NCBI GenBank assembly: GCA_965232595.1
Contig: OZ246983.1
Coordinates: 1,352,022-1,416,021, forward strand
Direction: 5' to 3'
DNA from: Candidatus Azotimanducaceae bacterium
GTDB taxonomy: Bacteria > Pseudomonadota > Gammaproteobacteria > Pseudomonadales > Azotimanducaceae
Length of the DNA stretch: 64,000 bases
The position numbers were made by a program, and so were the translations under genes. The notes beneath the pieces were generated by a model, which did no database searches, was not told the origin of the DNA, and worked only from the letters and a program-made list of their open reading frames with translations. Shown one piece after another: positions 57,510 to 64,000 of this stretch (its first letter is position 1; the number at the start of each line of letters is the position of its first letter).

Positions 57510-58199
57510 TCAATCGGACTTGGAACCGACGAAGCGGTAGACCAGGGCGCCGAGCACCGCGCCGATGATCGGCGCCACCCAGAACAACCACAGCTGACCG
57601 ATCGCCCAGTCACCCACAAACACAGCAACCCCGGTGCTCCGTGCCGGGTTCACCGAGGTATTGGTCACCGGGATGCTGATCAGATGGATCAGGGTCAGGC
57701 CGAGGCCGATGGCGATGGGCGCAAAGCCGGCTGGCGCCCGGCCATCGGTTGCCCCAAGGATGATGAGCAGAAACATCATCGTCAGCACCACCTCGGTGAC
57801 CAGCGCCGCGGTCAGCGAGTAGCCGCCGGGCGAGTGCTCACCGTAGCCGTTGGCGGCAAAGCCGGCGCTGAGATCAAATCCGCTGGCGCCGCTGGCAATC
57901 AGGTAGAGCACGCCACCAGCGAGAATCCCACCGAGCACCTGAGCGATGATGTAGCCGGCAAGCTCTGAAGCCTCGAACCGACCGCCTGCCCAGAGCCCGA
58001 TGGAGACGGCCGGATTGAGGTGGCAGCCGGAGATGTGGCCAATGGCGTAGGCCATGGTGAGCACCGTCAGGCCAAATGCCAGCGACACCCCGAGCAGGCC
58101 GATGCCCACCTCCGGGAAACCTGCCGCGAGCACGGCGCTGCCGCACCCGCCAAGCACCAGCCAGAACGTACCCAGCAGCTCGGCGACGTATTTCTGCAT
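57510..58199 (-). CDS. aqpZ: Aquaporin Z
   Basis: It has two NPA boxes (HLNPAVS, SVNPARS) and the N-terminus [15 protein letters not shown]. Start at ATG 58199 with GGAGGAG upstream. Confidence 0.95.
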   Translation of the reverse strand: MQKYVAELLGTFWLVLGGCGSAVLAAGFPEVGIGLLGVSLAFGLTVLTMAYAIGHISGCHLNPAVSIGLWAGGRFEASELAGYIIAQVLGGILAGGVLYLIASGASGFDLSAGFAANGYGEHSPGGYSLTAALVTEVVLTMMFLLIILGATDGRAPAGFAPIAIGLGLTLIHLISIPVTNTSVNPARSTGVAVFVGDWAIGQLWLFWVAPIIGAVLGALVYRFVGSKSD

Positions 58200-58315
58200 C
58201 AGTCTCTCCTCCCCAGGAAAGGGCCAGTATAGCCGATGACCCGGTGGCGTCGGCCCGGGCTGTTTAGGCGCGGCGGAATGGGCGAACATGGCCTTCCACC
58301 GGTAGAGAAGACAGC

Positions 58316-58786
58316 ATGAAAACAACGCTCCTGATGACAGCCATCCTGGTACCCGTTCTGGCCGGCGCAGAGGAACGCTCGCCGCTCGATGCCTTTCCCG
58401 AGCCCGCCGAGGGCCAGGTGCGAATCGTGATCCCGTTGCCGGAGATGAGCAGGCCGGACGACAACTACGCGGTTGAGCTTGTCGTCGGGCGGGTAATCCA
58501 GACCGACGGGGTAAACCAGGTGCGCATGGACACCGCCTTGAACCCCCGGCCGCTGGAAGGCTGGGGCTACACCTACTACGAGATGACGGGCAGCGGTCAG
58601 GTGGCCAGCACCCTCATGGCGCCGCCGCCTGGCGCCGAGACCGTCACTGCTTTCGTGCACGGCACGCCGCTGAACGTCCGCTACAACGCGAAGCTGCCGA
58701 TCGTGATCTACCTGCCCGCAGGCTTCGAAGCCCGCTATCGGATCTGGGCGGCCGCCGCTGACTATCTGACCGGCCAGGAAGGCTGA
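58316..58786 (+). CDS. eco: Ecotin (periplasmic serine-protease inhibitor)
   Basis: It has a signal peptide and shares [17 protein letters not shown] (reactive loop) and [11 protein letters not shown]...RYRIW with my recollection of E. coli ecotin. Confidence 0.85.
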   Translation: MKTTLLMTAILVPVLAGAEERSPLDAFPEPAEGQVRIVIPLPEMSRPDDNYAVELVVGRVIQTDGVNQVRMDTALNPRPLEGWGYTYYEMTGSGQVASTLMAPPPGAETVTAFVHGTPLNVRYNAKLPIVIYLPAGFEARYRIWAAAADYLTGQEG

Positions 58787-58839
58787 TTACCGATCCGGGA
58801 CTCTGCTAAATTGCACGAAGCTAACAAGGGGAGAAACTC

Positions 58840-59244
58840 ATGAGCATTACGGGACAGTGCCTGTGCGGCAGCGTGCAGTACGAATTCGACAACCCGCCCG
58901 CCATGAACGGCGTGTGCCACTGCAAGAACTGCCAGCGTCAGGCCGGATCGGCTTTTTCCACGCTGGCCGGGGTACCCAAGGCGGAGTTCCGCTTCACTGA
59001 AGGAGAGCCGAAGCTCTACGAAGACACGGACACCGTCAGCGGCAACCGGGTGGAGCGCTGGTTCTGCGGCAACTGCGGCTCACCGATCTACTCTGCGCTG
59101 GATTCCAACGCCGACATGATCTTCCTGAAAACCGGCACCCTGGACGACACCAGCAGCTTCTCGCCGCAGTTTCACGTCTGGTGCGACAGCAAGCAGGATT
59201 GGGTGGACTTGGCAGAGGGCGTGCCGACGATGGCAACCCAGTGA
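58840..59244 (+). CDS. GFA (glutathione-dependent formaldehyde-activating / CENP-V) family protein
   Basis: It has the Cys pattern CLCGSV...CHCKNCQ...CGNCGSP. Confidence 0.8.
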   Translation: MSITGQCLCGSVQYEFDNPPAMNGVCHCKNCQRQAGSAFSTLAGVPKAEFRFTEGEPKLYEDTDTVSGNRVERWFCGNCGSPIYSALDSNADMIFLKTGTLDDTSSFSPQFHVWCDSKQDWVDLAEGVPTMATQ

Positions 59245-59257
59245 GGCCTTCGGCCGG

Positions 59258-59890
59258 CTAAAACCTATAGCCCAGGTGCAGCCCCCAGAGCAGGCCGGTG
59301 ATATCCGCGTCCGTCAGCTTCTCGCCGTTGATCTCGAGCTCGCTCTCGTTCAGCAGGTAACGGGCTGAGGCGTTCAGCAGCCAGCGCTCGCTGAGCATGA
59401 TGTCCAGCCCGAACTGGCCGCTGATCCCGAGCGCCGTTTTCATCTTGAGCGACTCGTCGGCGAGAAACTCCCGGCCTTTCTCGTCGAAGAAGAACGACGC
59501 CTGCAGGCCCGCCCCCAGGTAAGGCCGCCAGCGTCCGTTGCGATTCATGTGGTACTGGGCACTGAGGATGGTGGTCACCCGCTTCACTTCCCCAACGGTT
59601 CCGTTGCCGATCCCCGGACCGTGCTCGAATTTGAGCAGGTGCTTCGACGGCAACTGCACCATCAGCTCAACGGCCCAGCGCTCGGTCAGCATTCGTGACA
59701 GGTCGATGGACGCTCCCGAGCCGCTCTCCACGTCGAGCTCCAGGTCCGTGCCCGGCAACAGCACGTTTTCGAACTGCCCGTTCTTGCCCTTGGGGTGATA
59801 CTTCGAGGCGCCGACCCGAACGGTCCAGTCCCCAGCGGCCTGGGCAAAGGCCGGCAACAGCAGCGTCAGCAGCACCAGCGAGGTACGCAT
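59258..59890 (-). CDS. ompW: OmpW-family outer membrane protein
   Basis: It has a signal peptide ending AFAQA, beta-strand motifs (RPYLGAGL, GLHLGYRF) and a C-terminal Phe. Start at MRTSLV (59890). Confidence 0.8.
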   Translation of the reverse strand: MRTSLVLLTLLLPAFAQAAGDWTVRVGASKYHPKGKNGQFENVLLPGTDLELDVESGSGASIDLSRMLTERWAVELMVQLPSKHLLKFEHGPGIGNGTVGEVKRVTTILSAQYHMNRNGRWRPYLGAGLQASFFFDEKGREFLADESLKMKTALGISGQFGLDIMLSERWLLNASARYLLNESELEINGEKLTDADITGLLWGLHLGYRF

Positions 59891-59956
59891 ATATCTCTGC
59901 GCAGAAACCCACCACCGCTTTCCACGCAAGTCTCGAGTGCTCATCGATCCAACCTC

Positions 59957-60718
59957 CTAGTCCAGAACCACACTGAAAGTCAGCACCGCGCCGCCGGGCA
60001 ACGGCGTGGCGCTGATCCGCATCGCCGGCTCGTCAGCCGACGAGATGAAGGCCTCCTCCATGAAGCGAGCGATGAAAGCGCCAATGGCATATCCCGCCAG
60101 CACGTCTGAAGGATAGTGCTTTTCGGCCTCCACGCGCGCCCAGCCGGTGGCTCCAGCTATGCCGTAGAGGCCAATCTGGCTCGTGCGGAGCAGCCAGGCG
60201 GGGGCATCCACGTAATCCAGGTTCGACACCGCCATCGTTGCCGTGGCGGTTGCCATGGAGGTGTGCCCCGACGGAAAGCTGGCGTCATCACTACCATCCG
60301 GACGGGTTCTGCTGGTCAGGGACTTGAGGCCGGCCACCGTCCCGCGCTCCAGCGCCAGCGTCGATAACCCGACCGCAAGACCGCTGGCTCGATGCGCAGC
60401 GGAATCGCTGGGGACCACCAGCGCCGTCAGCAGGTAGCTGCCCGCCGCCAGATTCCGCAGCTGGTCGCTGGCGTTTTCAGCGTTGCTGCCGAACAGCGGC
60501 TGCTCCCGGACCGCCCACTCCGAAACCTCATCGTCGAGGTCCGTTGCCGCAAACACGACGGCCCCCGCCAGCGGTGCCCAGGTGTGCGGGCTGCCGAGCG
60601 CAGCACCCGCCGCCCGCGCCAGCCGCTGGCCGTCCGGCCAGGCAACGGTAGCGCCCCAGGAGCCTCTGTCCGTGATCCCGGCACAGCCACCCGCCAGCAG
60701 GGTCAGGCAGCAGATCAT
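59957..60718 (-). CDS. PAP2-superfamily phosphatase, lipoprotein
   Basis: It has the lipobox LLAGGC and the PAP2 motifs PSGHTS and YPSDVLAG. Start at MICCLT (60718). Confidence 0.8.
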   Translation of the reverse strand: MICCLTLLAGGCAGITDRGSWGATVAWPDGQRLARAAGAALGSPHTWAPLAGAVVFAATDLDDEVSEWAVREQPLFGSNAENASDQLRNLAAGSYLLTALVVPSDSAAHRASGLAVGLSTLALERGTVAGLKSLTSRTRPDGSDDASFPSGHTSMATATATMAVSNLDYVDAPAWLLRTSQIGLYGIAGATGWARVEAEKHYPSDVLAGYAIGAFIARFMEEAFISSADEPAMRISATPLPGGAVLTFSVVLD

Positions 60719-60941
60719 GGCTGCTCTCTTCAGCAAATCGACGCCCTCCGCGCGGCGTTGCTGCACGTTGAGAAGACTTTTGCGGCTAAAATCCGCCAGT
60801 CCGTCCCTGCAGTGCGCAACGATCATCAACCACGATACCGCCGAGCTCTTCTGCATTCACCTCAAGCGGCACCGGCGCCCGCGGCGCTCCCGTGCCGGTT
60901 CTGCATGGCTGCGGGCAGGGGTCACGCTCAGCCTGGTCGGC

Positions 60942-62153
60942 ATGTTGAGCGCAGCGCCACTGGCCGCGGCACAGCTCTACGGCAGCGTCGGCCTCGGCTG
61001 GAACTACGCGCGCACGCTGTCGCTGCCGGACAGCTCGGCCCGGATTGATTACGACTTCGGGCTGCCTGCAGGCTCCCTGGCGCTGGGCGTCGAGCGGCAA
61101 CGTTGGCGCTTCGAGCTCGAAGTCAGCCACCAGGAGAACGAGCCGGAGGTGCTCTACTTCCGCGGCACCGACCTCAGCCTCGACAGCCGGGAAAACGACC
61201 GCCTCTCGGCAACGAGCGTGCTGTTCAACGCCTACCGGACGTTCGAACTCGGCAGCGGCTTTCGGCCGTACCTGGGCGTGGGCGTGGGTCCAGCGAACAT
61301 CGACCTCAAGTTCCGGGACGGCGCGACCGGCGCCATAATCGTCGATGACGGCACCTGGGCGGCAGCTCTGCAGGGGAGCGTCGGCGTCGACATCCCCATC
61401 ACCCCCAACCTGGCCCTCGGGGTCGACTACCGCTACTGGCACGCGCCGGACTTCAGCCTGACTGACGCCTCAGGCGAGCGCCGCGATCTCAGCCAGAGCA
61501 TTCACTCGGGATGGCTGCGGGCCCGCTACCTGCTCGGCGACGGCCGCGATCCGGTGCCAGCACACCCGGCTGCCAGCCAGCGTGCTTTTTTCGTCAGCGC
61601 AACTGCCGGCGGCGCCTGGGCTGTGGATGAAGACCTGATCGGCACCGACATACAGCTCGACGCCTTCAGCATCGGCCCCATGGCCGCCCTGTCGTTCGGT
61701 TACGCCCTCCGGCCGCGCTGGCACCTGGCGCTGGAGCTGTCGCGGCGCCAGAACGACATGCAGATCATCGACTACGGTGTCTCCTCCGGCGAGGCCAGAA
61801 CCGATGGCGATGTTCGCGCCGACAGCGTAACGGCCAACGTCAGCTACCGGTTCCGACCGGCGCTCGCCATCACGCCCTACGCCGGAATCGGCGTTGGTGC
61901 TCATCGCACCCGCTACGACCTGAAGGATGCGACGGACAATACCGAGATCGTCCGTGACACCGCCTCCGGCTTCGTGTTTCAGTGGTGGCTGGGCTTCGAG
62001 TTCGCGATCAACAGACGCTGGTCTGCAAGCACGGACTACCGGATGTGGATAGGCGACGAGTCGAGCTTCGCGCTCAGCGACGGTACCCAGGTAGAAGCCC
62101 GGCACGTGGTGCAGACAATGGCGTTCGGCATTCGCTACGCCCTCGCCCGCTGA
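60942..62153 (+). CDS. Outer-membrane beta-barrel protein with two tandem OmpA/OmpX-like (porin-family) barrel repeats
   Basis: The two halves are related: RWRFELEVSHQEN / RWHLALELSRRQN, RPYLGVGVGPANIDLKF / TPYAGIGVGAHRTRYDL, and GVDYRYW / STDYRMW. The true start is unclear. A signal-like segment (RHRRPRRSRAGSAWLRAGVTLSLVGMLSAAPLAAAQ) extends upstream of the first ATG, with no canonical start codon nearby. Confidence 0.6.
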   Translation: MLSAAPLAAAQLYGSVGLGWNYARTLSLPDSSARIDYDFGLPAGSLALGVERQRWRFELEVSHQENEPEVLYFRGTDLSLDSRENDRLSATSVLFNAYRTFELGSGFRPYLGVGVGPANIDLKFRDGATGAIIVDDGTWAAALQGSVGVDIPITPNLALGVDYRYWHAPDFSLTDASGERRDLSQSIHSGWLRARYLLGDGRDPVPAHPAASQRAFFVSATAGGAWAVDEDLIGTDIQLDAFSIGPMAALSFGYALRPRWHLALELSRRQNDMQIIDYGVSSGEARTDGDVRADSVTANVSYRFRPALAITPYAGIGVGAHRTRYDLKDATDNTEIVRDTASGFVFQWWLGFEFAINRRWSASTDYRMWIGDESSFALSDGTQVEARHVVQTMAFGIRYALAR

Positions 62154-62183
62154 ACCTCAGCAATCGCAACTCAGGATTCAAAG

Positions 62184-62600
62184 ATGACGGCCTCGCTCCC
62201 TTCGCTACCCGCCCTGCTCGAGCCGCTGAACAACGCGCTGACGCCAGCGGTGCGGCTGGGTTTCGCCAACCCGCTGCCACTCGGCGCCGGCATCGTGCTG
62301 CTCGAGGTGGTTGGCCGGAAGACCGGCATGACGCGCACCCTGCCGCTGGTGTGCAGCGACTACGGAACGCTGCTCGCTGTCAGCACGGTTCGCAGCAACT
62401 CCCAGTGGGTTCTGAACCTGGCCGCCAACCCCCGAGCCAACCTCTGGCTGCGCGGCAGGCCGCGCACTGTGCTCGCAGCGGTTTTCCGTGCCGGCGAGCG
62501 GATCGACCAGAGCGGCCTGCCGGACGATCTGCCCGGGCGGGCGGCACAGGCGTTCAGCGGCTTGTCAGGTTCGAGCGTCGCCCTGCTGCACCTGCAGTAA
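62184..62600 (+). CDS. DUF385 / deazaflavin-dependent nitroreductase-family protein
   Basis: The pattern VVGRKTGMTRTLPL...SQWVLNLAANPRANLWLRG matches the TGRKSG...W.RNL.ANP pattern of this split-barrel family. The assignment is from memory. Confidence 0.5.
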   Translation: MTASLPSLPALLEPLNNALTPAVRLGFANPLPLGAGIVLLEVVGRKTGMTRTLPLVCSDYGTLLAVSTVRSNSQWVLNLAANPRANLWLRGRPRTVLAAVFRAGERIDQSGLPDDLPGRAAQAFSGLSGSSVALLHLQ

Positions 62601-62631
62601 GCCTGGCGAATCTCGAGCCGGCGCACGGCCG

Positions 62632-64000
62632 TCAGAGGTAGCGGGCTTCCAGGTGCTGCTTGAAGAAGGCGGCGTCCAGCTTCGAGCCGGTGACTTCCTC
62701 GAACAGACCCTGCATGGTGGTCTGCCGCCCGCGGCCGTGCACGCGGGCACGCAGCCAACCGAGCAGCGGCTGCAGATCACCCCGGGCGATCTGCCCGGTC
62801 AGGTCGTCCAGCTCCTGCCGGGCTGCCGCCATCCACTGCGCCGCACCGAGCGCGCCGAGCGTGTAGGTGGGGAAGTAGCCGAACAACCCAGCGTACCAGT
62901 GCACGTCCTGCATGCACCCATCCGCATCGTTACCCAGGGTCGAGAGGCCGAGGTAGTTCTGCATGGCTTCGTTCCAGGCCTCGGGCAGGTCCCGCACGGC
63001 CAGCGAGCCGGCGAGCAGCGACTGCTCGAGCTCGAAACGAAGAATCACATGCAGAGGGTAGGTGATCTCATCCGCATCCACCCGAATGAAGCCCCGCTGC
63101 ACCTGGGTCACGGCCCGGTGAAGGTTCGCAGCGCTCCAGGCCGGATCGGATTCATCACGTTCGAAGTGCCTGCGGATCATCGGCGCAGCGAAGTCGATGA
63201 ACTCACGGCTGCGGCAGACCTGAAGCTCCATCAGCAGAGACTGGCTCTCGTGGATGGCGGCGCCGAGCGAATCTCCGACCGGCTGCTCCCGCCAGCCCAC
63301 GGGCAGCCCCTGCTGGTAGAGCGCGTGCCCGGTTTCATGGCAGATCGCCATAAAGGACTCGAGAAAGCCCTCCTCGTGATAGCGGGTCGTGATGCGTGTG
63401 TCGTCCGGTACCCCGCCACAGAAGGGGTGGTGACTGACATCAAAGCGACCGCGCTCGAAGTCGAACCCGAGCACACCCATGGTCTCTTCGCAGAGCGATC
63501 GCTGCGCTGCGACCGGAAACGGACCGGACAGCGGCTCGGTGGGCAGCTTGCTAGCGAGCACCCGCTCGAGAAACTCCGGCAGAAAATGCTTCAGATCTGC
63601 GAACACCGGTTCGATGTCCTTGATCCTGAGCTCGGGCTCATAGGTATCGAGCAACGCATCGTAAGGCGCCAGCCCCATGGCATCCCCCAGCGCCTCGCCG
63701 GTCTGTCGCTCCAGGCTCACCACCTCTTCGAGCAACGGCCGGATAGCCTCGAAGTCGTTTGCCGCGCGCGCCTGCCGCCAGGCCTGCTCGCAGTTGAGGG
63801 TAGCCAGGCGGGTGGCCCGCACCAGATCTGCGGGAACAGCGGTGGCCTCCACATACTCCCGTTCGATGTTGCCGAGATTGGCTGACTGCCAGTCGTCCAG
63901 GCCTGTGCCGTCCGCGCGGGCGGTGTTCAGGAGCTCGCCGATTTCAGGGTCGCAGAGCCGCTCGTGAATCACGCTGGTGAGCGTGGCCAGCGCCTGGCCG
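62632..64000 (-). CDS. M32 (Taq-type) carboxypeptidase; N-terminus beyond window end
   Basis: It has HETGHALY (HExxH), HESQS, IRVDADEITYPLH and GYFPTYTLG motifs. The frame remains open to the window edge. Confidence 0.9.
   Translation of the reverse strand, partial: GQALATLTSVIHERLCDPEIGELLNTARADGTGLDDWQSANLGNIEREYVEATAVPADLVRATRLATLNCEQAWRQARAANDFEAIRPLLEEVVSLERQTGEALGDAMGLAPYDALLDTYEPELRIKDIEPVFADLKHFLPEFLERVLASKLPTEPLSGPFPVAAQRSLCEETMGVLGFDFERGRFDVSHHPFCGGVPDDTRITTRYHEEGFLESFMAICHETGHALYQQGLPVGWREQPVGDSLGAAIHESQSLLMELQVCRSREFIDFAAPMIRRHFERDESDPAWSAANLHRAVTQVQRGFIRVDADEITYPLHVILRFELEQSLLAGSLAVRDLPEAWNEAMQNYLGLSTLGNDADGCMQDVHWYAGLFGYFPTYTLGALGAAQWMAAARQELDDLTGQIARGDLQPLLGWLRARVHGRGRQTTMQGLFEEVTGSKLDAAFFKQHLEARYL

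Overview
High-GC (~65%) gammaproteobacterial chromosome segment, densely packed and mostly core housekeeping genes. I saw no IS elements, integrases, CRISPR arrays or rRNA. From memory, gene order from about 6.5 kb to 47 kb follows the Pseudomonas aeruginosa dksA...smpB region. The genes, left to right: ClC channel, hemJ, hemL, adenosine kinase, sfsA, an aminotransferase, dksA, gluQ, an atypical sigma-54-type AAA+ regulator, pcnB, a deoxynucleoside kinase, pgi and acs. On the minus strand: pnp, rpsO, truB, rbfA, infB, nusA, rimP, tRNA-fMet, tRNA-Leu(GAG), secG, tpiA, glmM, folP, ftsH, rlmE (yhbY is divergent), greA, carB, carA, dapB, dnaJ, dnaK, grpE and hrcA. Then recN, bamE, rnfH/ratA, an SNF transporter and smpB. 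The last ~17 kb (47-64 kb) looks more accessory. It holds a RibH2-like lumazine synthase, ppa, csoR-copA-copB with a clear CsoR operator, a Lys/Ala-repeat histone-H1-like protein and a DUF3108-like protein. It also holds a minus-strand cluster of aqpZ, cupin, MBL hydrolase, Tat-signal aminotransferase, TauE permease and a second Tat-signal aminotransferase. After that come ecotin, a GFA protein, OmpW, a PAP2 lipoprotein, a tandem-duplicated beta-barrel OMP, a DUF385-like protein and a partial M32 carboxypeptidase. The best candidates for undescribed biology are two. (1) The pair of Tat-exported HisC-family PLP aminotransferases bracketing a TauE/SafE permease. (2) The CbrB-position regulator that has lost the receiver Asp, the GAFTGA loop and the second bEBP insertion. 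All functional calls come from motif and family recognition by eye; no searches were run. Many long ORFs in the track are antisense artefacts of high GC content and are not reported.
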